Assembly: GCF_003945235.1 (NCBI RefSeq)
Contig: NZ_RSDW01000001.1
Location: forward strand, 1,860,001-1,892,000
From: Edaphobacter aggregans
GTDB taxonomy: Bacteria > Acidobacteriota > Terriglobia > Terriglobales > Acidobacteriaceae
DNA: 32,000 nt
Direction: 5' to 3'
Part shown: positions 1 to 7,758 of the stretch, piece after piece
How positions within the stretch are numbered: position 1 is the stretch's first letter
How the letters are laid out: every line of letters starts with the position of its first letter
The notes under the pieces: generated by a model
What the model was told of the DNA's origin: nothing
Databases searched by the model: none
What the model saw: only the letters and a program-made list of their open reading frames with translations
Made by a program: the position numbers and the translations under genes

Positions 1-22
1 CCGTTTCTCCACAATCTCTCTC

Positions 23-51
23 TTGACTCCATGTGAATTTCCCGTTATCTT
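23..51 (+). promoter_or_regulatory. Sigma70-like promoter candidate (TTGACT, 17-nt spacer, TATCTT)
   Basis: TTGACT lies at 23-28 and TATCTT at 46-51, separated by a 17-nt spacer. It sits upstream of a hairpin-rich non-coding stretch that ends in an intrinsic terminator. Confidence 0.3.
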
Positions 52-57
52 AGATGA

Positions 58-168
58 GTGGCAAGACTCCCTTCGGGTTGAGTCGGTCATAACGAAGTCC
101 ACCCACTTCGTTGCTTTACTGGAACACCCACGCAACAGCCCCCACCGCGCTGCGTGGGTTTCCATTTT
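58..168 (+). ncRNA. Candidate small structured RNA (about 110 nt, three hairpins, ends in a U-tract terminator)
   Basis: There is no plausible ORF here. Hairpin 1 (65-84) has a 5-bp stem, a 2-bp extension and a cUUCGg tetraloop. Hairpin 2 (91-112) is a perfect 8-bp stem, aacgaagt/acttcgtt. Hairpin 3 (126-159) is a 9-bp stem followed by ttccatttt. Confidence 0.3.
126..168 (+). terminator. Rho-independent terminator-like hairpin with T-tract
   Basis: acccacgca (126-134) pairs perfectly with tgcgtgggt (151-159) and is followed by t-t-c-c-a-tttt. The A-tract on the other strand means it could also stop the convergent 181..690 gene. Confidence 0.5.
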
Positions 169-180
169 AAGGCGAATTAT

Positions 181-690
181 TCACGCCATCCTCTGATTGT
201 GAGGCAGTTCGAGCACCACGCGTGCAGTCTCCGCCCCAAACACCGGCAGACCAACGTCCGTCAGCAACCCAATCTGCTTAAGCACCGAAGCCTGGTCCCA
301 ATAGACACGCTCGTGCGCCAGTTTGCCATCGCGGAACCGCACAATCGCCACCAGCGGTACCTCCACATGGCGGCCCGTCGGAGCAATACCCGGCAGAATC
401 CACGGCATCTCCACCGTGTGGGTAAACGAGATCACCATCTCGTCCACCAGCTGATCTTCCCCAACCGTTCGAGACACATCGGTCAGTGTAAAGTCAGGCG
501 GCATGCACGGTAAAAAGTCCTTGCCGTAGAACACTCGCAACTCACTCTTGCCTCTGCCGCCGGTCATCACCGGAACGTGGTTGACATACGCATCCGCTGC
601 CATCGTGGACAGTGTGGCCTCCACATCAGGAGTCGCGAACTCATACTTCGTGTGCTCGTCCCAAAGCTTTTCGAGGTCATACCGTTTCAT
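181..690 (-). CDS. SnoaL-like / NTF2-fold family protein (ester cyclase-like)
   Basis: The 169-aa ORF matches SnoaL/NTF2-like proteins in length and pattern (N-terminal 'LEKLWDEHTKYEF', 'VAIVRFRDGKLAHERVYWD'). It is the only long ORF with sensible composition in this interval. Confidence 0.65.
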   Translation of the reverse strand: MKRYDLEKLWDEHTKYEFATPDVEATLSTMAADAYVNHVPVMTGGRGKSELRVFYGKDFLPCMPPDFTLTDVSRTVGEDQLVDEMVISFTHTVEMPWILPGIAPTGRHVEVPLVAIVRFRDGKLAHERVYWDQASVLKQIGLLTDVGLPVFGAETARVVLELPHNQRMA

Positions 691-872
691 GCGGGCATTC
701 TACGCCCCATCCCGACTTGACGCCGCCGCCCAAACCCTCTAACCTTTTCCCATGGGATTGATGCGCATCGCAGCCTGTACTTGTTGCCTTTGTTGTAAGG
801 GCACTTGTTGCTGCTGCGTTGGACTCTCCCTCACCTAAGCGAACCGAACCAATTCGGCCTTAGAGGATCTCA

Positions 873-918
873 GGAACCCACGTATCAGCGCTAGCCGCGA
901 ACGTGGGTTTTCTTTTTG
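873..918 (+). terminator. Second copy of the 'ggaac-acccacg...cgtgggtt-T-tract' hairpin (terminator-like / REP-like)
   Basis: aacccacgt (875-883) pairs perfectly with acgtgggtt (901-909), with a 17-nt loop, followed by ttctttttg. The stem sequence and the 'cagc..ccgcg' loop are related to the hairpin at 126-168, and the orientation is the same. Confidence 0.45.
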
Positions 919-957
919 CCCCAACACCAACTCAAACATTCGGAATCAAGGAGCCAC

Positions 958-1080
958 ATGGCACCCCTCCACAACGGCAAAACAGCAAGCCGCATCAACG
1001 TCGACCTCATCGCCGTAGCCATCGCCCTCACCCTGGCTGCGCTCATCCGTTTCAACGTCATCCCTCCGATCTCCTTCTAG
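958..1080 (+). CDS. Small (40 aa) single-pass membrane protein, hypothetical
   Basis: The ATG at 958 follows AAGGAG with a 5-nt spacing. The product is MAPLHNGKTASRINVDLIAVAIALTLAALIRFNVIPPISF, with one hydrophobic helix. It ends 13 nt before the yeiH-like start. It is too short for the supplied ORF track. Confidence 0.45.
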   Translation: MAPLHNGKTASRINVDLIAVAIALTLAALIRFNVIPPISF

Positions 1081-1093
1081 CAAACAGAGAGAA

Positions 1094-2194
1094 ATGTCCG
1101 CCGCCCACACCATCACGACACCGATCGCCATCCCGGCACCATCGCCCGCGACCCGCCTCGCGCGCGCGCTCCCCGGCATCGGCCTTCTCTTCGGTATCGG
1201 CTTCCTGGGCAAGTTCCTCGAACACACCTTCACTCAACTCCGCACCGCCCACCCGGGCATCCCTTTCCCTCACCTCGAATACGTCCTCTGGGCCATCGTC
1301 CTCGGCCTCGCCATCGGCAACGTCTTCGGTGTAGCCGAAATCTTCCGTCCGGGCATAGCCACCTACGAGCTCTGGCTCAAACTAGGCATCGTCCTCGTAG
1401 GCGCCCGCTTCCTCTTGCAGGACATCCTCCACATCGGGGGCCTATCCCTCGCCCTTGTAGCCGTCGAGCTCATCCTCTCCCTCAGCGTGATGCACCTGCT
1501 AGGCCGCATCTTCAAGCTCCCACCCAAGCTCACGTCTTTGCTCGCCATTGGCTCCAGCATCTGCGGAGTCACCGCCATCATGGCCGCCCAGGGAGCCATC
1601 GAGCCCGAAGAAGAAGACACCAGCACTGCCATCGCCGCCATCCTCACCCTCGGAGCCATCGCCCTCTTCACCTTCCCCGCCATCGGCCACGCTCTCCACA
1701 TGAGCCAGCAGGGCTTCGGCATGTGGGCCGGCCTTGCCGTCGACAACACCGCCGAGTCCCTTGTCACCGGCTCGCTCTTCGGCGAAGAAGCCGGTCGCTG
1801 GACCGTCCTCGCCAAGACCGCCCGCTCCGGCTTCATCGGCTTCGTCGTCCTCGCCTACGCCGTCTACTGGTCCTCGCGCGGCCTCGCCCCCGACGTCGAG
1901 CACAAGGGCGTCTTCCTCTGGCGTAAATTCCCCAAGTTCATCCTCGGTTTCATCGCGCTCTCCATCCTCGCCACCAGCGGATTCTTCACCCACACCCAAC
2001 TCACCAGCCTCGCCAACCTCTCCCGATGGGCCTTTCTGCCCGCATTCGCTGGAGTAGGCCTCCGCACCAACCTCCGCGATCTGGGAGGCCAAGGCTGGCG
2101 CCCCTTGATCGTAGGCATCCTCGGCGAAATCTTCATCGCCTTCATCACCCTTGCTCTTGTTTATTGGAGCTTCAACCACGGAGTCGCCCGATGA
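1094..2194 (+). CDS. yeiH: YeiH/UPF0324 family putative sulfate-exporter-type membrane transporter
   Basis: The 366-aa polytopic membrane protein carries family-typical segments ('GSSICGVTAIMA', 'GLAVDNTAE', 'GVGLRTNLRDL'). Confidence 0.8.
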   Translation: MSAAHTITTPIAIPAPSPATRLARALPGIGLLFGIGFLGKFLEHTFTQLRTAHPGIPFPHLEYVLWAIVLGLAIGNVFGVAEIFRPGIATYELWLKLGIVLVGARFLLQDILHIGGLSLALVAVELILSLSVMHLLGRIFKLPPKLTSLLAIGSSICGVTAIMAAQGAIEPEEEDTSTAIAAILTLGAIALFTFPAIGHALHMSQQGFGMWAGLAVDNTAESLVTGSLFGEEAGRWTVLAKTARSGFIGFVVLAYAVYWSSRGLAPDVEHKGVFLWRKFPKFILGFIALSILATSGFFTHTQLTSLANLSRWAFLPAFAGVGLRTNLRDLGGQGWRPLIVGILGEIFIAFITLALVYWSFNHGVAR

Positions 2195-2232
2195 TCCCAA
2201 CCCACACCTCATCCCACTCGCCGGAGCACGTC

Positions 2233-2340
2233 ATGCAGGAAAGCAAACGCAAACCCGCCCTCTCGCCCGCCGAAATCCTCGTCTTCGGAACTCTCATCGT
2301 CTATTTCACCCTCACCATCCTTCACGTTCTTCCTGTCTAG
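2233..2340 (+). CDS. Small (35 aa) single-pass membrane protein, hypothetical
   Basis: The ATG at 2233 follows GGAG with a 6-nt spacing. The product is MQESKRKPALSPAEILVFGTLIVYFTLTILHVLPV, a basic N-terminus followed by one TM helix. An in-frame alternative ATG at 2191 overlaps the yeiH stop (ATGA). Confidence 0.4.
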   Translation: MQESKRKPALSPAEILVFGTLIVYFTLTILHVLPV

Positions 2341-2646
2341 ACCAGCGATGCCAACGTCATTCCCACAAACCGGACGCCTCACCTTCGCCGAGCGCTCTGC
2401 CGCGAAGAAAAGCATCCGCGTGACCACACCCTCCCACCCGGACACTGCCGGGTTCCTCATCTTCGCGCAGTCTTATCGCGCTAAGGCGGGCATTCGCGCG
2501 ACAGCGCGAGCCGTCTTCGCCGATCCCACCACACGCTGTCGTTGTCGCCGCTAAGCGAGAACCAGCCCCCTTCCTACCCCAAAAATCTAGCCCTTGCGAC
2601 TCGCACACAAAAAGCGAGCGCCCACGCCCATCTCCCGGAGCCCCCC

Positions 2647-5600
2647 ATGCAAGACCGCACCCACACGTCCCACGCGTCCCCCATTAAACTTCTTCTCCTC
2701 AGCACCCTTCTCTTCTTCGCCCTCCGCGCACACGCTCAGGTAGTAGGCGGAACTCTCTCTGGCACCATCACCGACCCCACCGGTGCGAGCCTGACCAACG
2801 CCCAGGTCCTCGTCCACAACGACGAGACTGGCAACGAGCGCCGCCTCACCACCGGCCCCGATGGCCGCTTCTCCGCCCCCTCCATCCCTGTCGGTACCTA
2901 CACCATCACAGTCGAGCTCCCCGGCTTCGCCTCCCAACGCCGCACCGGAATCCCCCTCACCGTAGGCCAGAGCAAGCAGATCGACATCGAACTCACTGTC
3001 AACTCCGTCGATCAGCAAATCTCTGTCGAAGACACTCCCGCCGTAGTCAATCTCTCCACGCAGCAAATCTCCGGCCTCGTCGACGAGCACCAGATCAAGC
3101 AGCTTCCCCTCAACGGCCGCAGCTACGACCAACTCATCACCCTCAATCCCGCGACGGTCAACTATACCGGCCAGCGCTCCGGCTCCATCGGCACATCGAA
3201 CTCCTCCGTCGGAAACATGTTCTCCATCTCCGGCCGCCGGCCGCAGGACAATCTCTTCCTCCTCAATGGCGTCGAGTACACCGGAGCCTCCCTCATCAAC
3301 GTCACCCCCGGCGGCACCAGCGGCCAGCTCCTCGGTGTCGACGCCGTACGCGAATTCAACGTCGTCTCCGATACCTACTCCGCCGCCTACGGCAAGCGTC
3401 AGGGCGCCCAAATCTCAATCGTAACCTTATCAGGCACAAATAGCCTCCACGGCTCCGCCTACGAATTCATCCGCAACTCCGCCCTCGACGCCCGCAACTA
3501 CTTCGACCAGTCCCACATCCCCGCCTTCCAGCGCAATAACTTCGGAGGATCCCTCGGCGGCCCCATCAAGCGCGACAAGCTCTTCCTCTTCGGCAACTAT
3601 GAGGGCTATCGCCAGAACCTCGGCCTCTCCGACGTCACCCTCGTCCCCGACAACGCCAGCCGAGCCGCCGCCGTAGCCAGCGTCAAACCTCTTCTGCAAC
3701 TGTGGCCGGTACAAAATGGCCCCGAACTCGGCAGCGGCATCGCCTACGCCTACTCCAACCCTATGCAACGCATCCGCGAGGACTTCGGCACCACCCGCTT
3801 CGACTACAACATCAGCCCCAAAGACCTCTTCTTTGCCGTCTACACCATCGACGACTCCTTCGCGAATACCCCCTCCGCCAATCCCTTCTCTCTCGTCAAC
3901 GAAACCCTCCGCGAACAAGTCCTTAGCCTCCAGCACCAGCACGTCTTCTCACCCAACCTCCTCAACACCGCACGCTTCGGCTACAGCCGCGCCTCCTACT
4001 TCTTCACCGGCACCGTCCCATCTGATATCAGCGCCAACATCCCCGGCTGGGTCGCCGGCAAAACCGTAGGAGCCATCGTCATCGCCGGCTCCACCGCCTC
4101 CAACGGAGCCTCCCAGATTACCGGCGCCGGAGCCAACGTAGGCAGCAACAACACCACCGCGCGCAATCTCTTCACCTTCGACGACCACATCTTCTTCACC
4201 CGAGGCCGCCACCAGATCGAAGCCGGTGGCTGGATCCAGCGTCTCCAGTCCAACGACAACCTGGCCCAGAACCAGTACGGCCAGGCCAGCTTCTCCACCC
4301 TATCCAGCTTCCTCGCAGGAACCGTCGCAACCTTCACCGTCGTCCCCGCCCCCACCGAACTCGGCTGGCGCTCCACCGAGTACGCCGGATACCTCGAAGA
4401 CACCATCAAGCTCACCCCGCGCCTCGAACTCCGCGCCGGCTTCCGCTTCGAAGGCACCACCGGTTGGAGCGAATCGCAATCCCGCGCCGCCAACTACGCC
4501 GTCACCAATGGCGTCATCGCCACCAATCCCACCATCGGCTCCAGCGCGCTCGCCGTCAACAACGCCAAATTCCTCCCCGAACCCCGCATCGGCCTGGCAT
4601 GGGACCCCAAGGGCAACGGCCGCACCGCCTTCCGCTCCGGCTTCGGCATCCACCGCGCCCTCCTCGATAACCTCGACTACCGCCTCGACCAGGCAGCTCC
4701 CTTCAACACCACCGTCTCGGTTAAAAACGTCTCTGTCAGCGCCCTCCACTTCACCCCGACGAGCACCCCGCCCGCCGGAAGCCTCATCTCCCCCTCCAAC
4801 GTCCAACCCGACATCGACACCCCCACCGTCCTCACCTGGTACTTCAAAGTCGAGCAGCAGATCGCCCCTAACACCTCCCTCACCGTCGGCTACATCGGCT
4901 CCCATGGCTATCACCAGATCCTCTCCGAAGACCAGAACGAGCCAATCCCCGTCACCTGCCCCAACCCCGCCTGCCCCACAGTGCTCGCCGCAGGCACGGT
5001 CTACTTCCCCTCCACAGTCAAAGCCAACCCGCTCGTAGCCAACACCACCTCGTGGGTCTCCACCGGCACCAGCCTCTACAACGGCCTCACGGTCGACGTC
5101 CGCCGCAGCTTCTCCAACGGCCTCCAGTTCCGCGGAAACTACACCTGGTCCAAAAACCTCGACAACGGCTCCGCCTGGAACACCAGCGTCAGCGGCAACA
5201 CCCCCGCCTTCGTCTCGAACCCCTTCAATCCCAAAGCTGATTGGGGCCGCGCCGCCACCGACGTCCGCCACCTCGCCAGCATCAGCGGCATCTATGACCT
5301 CCCCTTCGGCCACGGAGCCCTCAGCACCTCCAACGCCTTCGCTAACCATGCCATCTCCGGCTGGACCCTCAGCTCCATCGCAGGCCTCCAGTCCGGCTTC
5401 CCCTTCACCCCTCAGCTCGGCTACAACCCCACCGGCTCCGGAGACACCCGCAACCCCGTCCGCCCCGACATCAACCCCAACTTCAAAGGCAATCTCTACC
5501 CCGGAACCCCCACGCAATACTTCAACCCCGCAGCCTTCCTGACCCCAGCCTCCGGAGCCATCGGCAACCTCGGCCGCGACACTCTCACCGGCCCCAACCT

Positions 5601-5850
5601 CATCAACCTCGACGCCTCCCTCCTCAAATCCACCCAGATCACCGAACGCCTCCGCGTCCAGTTCCGCGCCGAGTTCTTCAACGTCCTCAACCACACCAAC
5701 TTCACCACCCCGAACCCAGTCATCTACAGCTCCGGCCCAACCCCCACTACCCTCAAAGCAGCCCCGACCCTAAGCCCCACCGCCGGAGTCATCACCGCCA
5801 CATCCACCACCTCACGCCAAATCCAGTTCGGCCTAAAAATCCTCTTCTAG
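2647..5850 (+). CDS. TonB-dependent outer-membrane receptor with N-terminal carboxypeptidase-regulatory-like domain
   Basis: The start is moved to ATG 2647, which gives the signal peptide 'IKLLLLSTLLFFALRAHAQ'. The protein has a 'GTITDPTGASLTNAQVLVHNDETG...TTGPDGRFS...PVGTYTI' CarboxypepD_reg-type domain, a plug region, a long beta-barrel and a C-terminal '...QFGLKILF'. Confidence 0.9.
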   Translation: MQDRTHTSHASPIKLLLLSTLLFFALRAHAQVVGGTLSGTITDPTGASLTNAQVLVHNDETGNERRLTTGPDGRFSAPSIPVGTYTITVELPGFASQRRTGIPLTVGQSKQIDIELTVNSVDQQISVEDTPAVVNLSTQQISGLVDEHQIKQLPLNGRSYDQLITLNPATVNYTGQRSGSIGTSNSSVGNMFSISGRRPQDNLFLLNGVEYTGASLINVTPGGTSGQLLGVDAVREFNVVSDTYSAAYGKRQGAQISIVTLSGTNSLHGSAYEFIRNSALDARNYFDQSHIPAFQRNNFGGSLGGPIKRDKLFLFGNYEGYRQNLGLSDVTLVPDNASRAAAVASVKPLLQLWPVQNGPELGSGIAYAYSNPMQRIREDFGTTRFDYNISPKDLFFAVYTIDDSFANTPSANPFSLVNETLREQVLSLQHQHVFSPNLLNTARFGYSRASYFFTGTVPSDISANIPGWVAGKTVGAIVIAGSTASNGASQITGAGANVGSNNTTARNLFTFDDHIFFTRGRHQIEAGGWIQRLQSNDNLAQNQYGQASFSTLSSFLAGTVATFTVVPAPTELGWRSTEYAGYLEDTIKLTPRLELRAGFRFEGTTGWSESQSRAANYAVTNGVIATNPTIGSSALAVNNAKFLPEPRIGLAWDPKGNGRTAFRSGFGIHRALLDNLDYRLDQAAPFNTTVSVKNVSVSALHFTPTSTPPAGSLISPSNVQPDIDTPTVLTWYFKVEQQIAPNTSLTVGYIGSHGYHQILSEDQNEPIPVTCPNPACPTVLAAGTVYFPSTVKANPLVANTTSWVSTGTSLYNGLTVDVRRSFSNGLQFRGNYTWSKNLDNGSAWNTSVSGNTPAFVSNPFNPKADWGRAATDVRHLASISGIYDLPFGHGALSTSNAFANHAISGWTLSSIAGLQSGFPFTPQLGYNPTGSGDTRNPVRPDINPNFKGNLYPGTPTQYFNPAAFLTPASGAIGNLGRDTLTGPNLINLDASLLKSTQITERLRVQFRAEFFNVLNHTNFTTPNPVIYSSGPTPTTLKAAPTLSPTAGVITATSTTSRQIQFGLKILF

Positions 5851-5878
5851 AAAGTGCTATTGCTGTTGCTTTTCTCGC

Positions 5879-5915
5879 TTGTCATCCTTTGCGAAGCGGA
5901 GGATCTGCTGTTGCC
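5879..5915 (+). repeat. Dispersed intergenic hairpin repeat, copy A (ttgtcatcctttgcgaagcggaggatctgctgttgcc)
   Basis: This 37-mer matches 7655-7691 at 36 of 37 positions. The core atcctttgc-gaa-gcggaggat folds as a 9-bp stem with G.U pairs. Confidence 0.85.
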
Positions 5916-5930
5916 CTTGCATCTAGGTAA

Positions 5931-5988
5931 GCCAAGCCTTCAGGCTTGGCCCTCTCCTCGGGTCAAAAAGAAAGGGGCTTTAGCCCCT
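5931..5988 (+). repeat. Two short GC-rich hairpins in the repeat-rich spacer
   Basis: The first hairpin is gccaagcc-ttca-ggcttggc (5931-5950) and the second is aggggc-ttta-gcccct (5973-5988). Both stems are perfect. Confidence 0.6.
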
Positions 5989-6295
5989 GGAGTATGCTTT
6001 TCAGCCGAAATGAACCACAGATTTCAAACCTGTCAAGCCCCCAGAACTCGTATCTTAATATAAACAAACAAGATCGTCGTGACATATCAATTCCCTTCAA
6101 CCCGCTATACTAAAAACAGCTAAAGAAAAAGGCCCCGGCCCCCCGGGGCATTCCTATTTAGAATGAATACCTTAGCCTCAAGACATTTCAACGCAATACT
6201 TAACTAGGAAGTCCAGACCTAAAGCCTTTTATTGGAAGACTTTAGATACTTAAGTAGGGGAGGGGCACACCCCAAAGGAGCACGAAGAGGCACTC

Positions 6296-7549
6296 ATGAT
6301 CGCCGAAATCATCGCCATAGGCTCCGAGATGCTGACTCCCTTCCGTCAGGACACCAATTCCCTCTATCTCACCGAGGGCCTCAACAACCTCGGCGTCTCC
6401 GTAGCCTTCAAAACCATCATCGGCGACAACCTCGCCCAACTCACCGCCGCCGTCCGCACCGCCATCTCCCGCGCCGACATCGTCCTCTTCTCTGGAGGTC
6501 TCGGTCCCACCGAAGACGACCTCACCCGCGAAGCCGTAGCCGCCGCCCTCAACCTCGAGCTCCACCGCGACAACGACATCGTCACCGACCTCTACAAGCG
6601 CTATGCCGCCCGCAAGCTCGTCATGCCGCCCAACAACGCCAAGCAGGCCGACGTCCTCGCCGGAGCCACCGTCCTCCCAAACCCCAACGGCAGCGCCCCC
6701 GGCCAATACCTCGACACAGTAGTCGACGGACACCGCAAGATCCTCATCCTCCTACCCGGCCCCCCCAACGAGCTCAAGCCCCTCTTCGACAACCAGGCCA
6801 AGCCCCTCCTCGCTGCCACCCTCCCGCCCCGCCACCTGGCCCGCCGCCAACTCCGGATGCCCCTCATCCCCGAGTCGCAGGTCGACGCCCGTACCGCCCC
6901 CATCTACCAGCAATACTCCGACATCGAAACCACCATCCTCGCTGCCCCCGGCGAAATCCAACTCCACTTCATCACCGCCAAACCCACCCTCGCTGAAGCC
7001 CAGGCCCGCGTCGACGAGCTCACCAGCCGTATCGAAGCCGAGATGCAGGAGGACGTCTACTCCTCCCACGGCGAGAGCCTCGAAGAGGTAGTCCTCCTCA
7101 TGCTCGGCCTCCGTCACCTCACCCTCTCTGCCGCCGAAAGCTGCACCGGAGGCCTGCTCTCCCAGCGCCTCACCGCCATCGCAGGTAGCTCCCGCTACTT
7201 CCTCGGCGGAGCCGTAGTCTACTCCGACGCCCTCAAGACCTCCTTCGCCGACGTCCCCGCCGACCTCATCGCCACCCATGGCCCCGTCTCCGCCGAGGTA
7301 GCCCGCGCCCTCGCCGAAGGCATCCGCACCCGGACCGGCTCCTCCCTCGGCATCTCCATCACCGGCATCGCCGGCCCCACTCCCGGCACCGGCCCCGACG
7401 CAGAAAAACCCATTGGCCTCGTCTACGTCGCCCTCTCCGACGGCCACGACACCCAGGTCAAACAACTCAACCTATTCGGCGACCGCGAACGCATCCGCTG
7501 GTGGGCCAGCCAGCACGCCCTCGAACTAATTCGCCGCACCCTCCTCTAG
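6296..7549 (+). CDS. cinA: CinA family protein (MoCF-binding domain plus nicotinamide-nucleotide amidohydrolase PncC domain)
   Basis: The 417-aa ORF starts 'MIAEIIAIGSEML...' with 'GGLGPTEDDLTREA' in the CinA N-domain. The C-terminal 'AESCTGGLL...GGAVVYS...ISITGIAGP' is typical of the PncC domain. Confidence 0.9.
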   Translation: MIAEIIAIGSEMLTPFRQDTNSLYLTEGLNNLGVSVAFKTIIGDNLAQLTAAVRTAISRADIVLFSGGLGPTEDDLTREAVAAALNLELHRDNDIVTDLYKRYAARKLVMPPNNAKQADVLAGATVLPNPNGSAPGQYLDTVVDGHRKILILLPGPPNELKPLFDNQAKPLLAATLPPRHLARRQLRMPLIPESQVDARTAPIYQQYSDIETTILAAPGEIQLHFITAKPTLAEAQARVDELTSRIEAEMQEDVYSSHGESLEEVVLLMLGLRHLTLSAAESCTGGLLSQRLTAIAGSSRYFLGGAVVYSDALKTSFADVPADLIATHGPVSAEVARALAEGIRTRTGSSLGISITGIAGPTPGTGPDAEKPIGLVYVALSDGHDTQVKQLNLFGDRERIRWWASQHALELIRRTLL

Positions 7550-7603
7550 CAGCGGCTGCCCTTGCAGTTGTAGTGGCTGTTGGCGTTGTAGTTGCCCTTC
7601 TGG

Positions 7604-7630
7604 TTGTCATCCCGTAGGGATCTGCTTCTG
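7604..7630 (+). repeat. Truncated variant of the 'ttgtcatcc...ggatctgct' repeat
   Basis: ttgtcatcc-cgta-gggatctgcttctg keeps the outer atcc(c)/(g)ggat stem but lacks the inner gcgaagcg segment. Confidence 0.5.
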
Positions 7631-7654
7631 TCGTTGTCGTTGCCTGTTCTTCAT

Positions 7655-7691
7655 TTGTCATCCTTCGCGAAGCGGAGGATCTGCTGTTGCC
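7655..7691 (+). repeat. Dispersed intergenic hairpin repeat, copy B (ttgtcatccttcgcgaagcggaggatctgctgttgcc)
   Basis: It matches 5879-5915 at 36 of 37 positions in the same orientation. It is followed by the gcctttgcctttgcc short-period tract. Confidence 0.85.
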
Positions 7692-7758
7692 TTTGCCTTT
7701 GCCGTTCCCTCCGCTTTCCACCAGCGGAGCTCCAACTTGCTAAACTCATCCAGACGAC

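Noticed and set aside
2542-2646. N-terminal extensions of track ORFs: 2542 for the TBDR gene, 11719 for the M61 peptidase gene, 14215 for APC paralog 2, 24882 for the thiolase gene and 28567 for comM.
   Set aside because: Internal ATGs give canonical N-termini: signal peptides for the TBDR and M61 proteins, alignment with paralog 1 for the APC gene, and the conserved '[13 protein letters not shown]' and '[12 protein letters not shown]' starts. The extensions are compositionally odd.
2341-2646. Possible riboswitch or leader RNA in the 305-nt spacer upstream of the TonB-dependent receptor gene, such as a cobalamin riboswitch.
   Set aside because: I found only short generic hairpins (acccgg-acactg-ccgggt; tcgcgc-gaca-gcgcga). 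I could not find a B12 box or any other riboswitch core motif by eye. A covariance-model scan would be needed.
4300-5694. 464-aa ORF on the - strand inside the TonB-dependent receptor gene, along with similar long antisense ORFs: 2587..3411, 1499..2212, 6752..7465, 10763..11575, 14812..15675, 16787..17521, 18347..19603, 21510..22214, 24717..25997 and 29419..30408.
   Set aside because: They are shadow ORFs. They lie antisense to genes with clear homology-style motifs, and their Gly/Glu/Asp/Val- or Arg/His/Pro-rich low-complexity composition is typical of antisense frames. The extreme strand skew removes stop codons from the opposite strand.
5854-6063. 69-aa ORF 'MLLLLLFSLVILCEAEDLLLPL...', plus 7467..7721 on the - strand.
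   Set aside because: They are translations of the dispersed intergenic repeat and hairpins. There is no RBS and the sequence is low-complexity.
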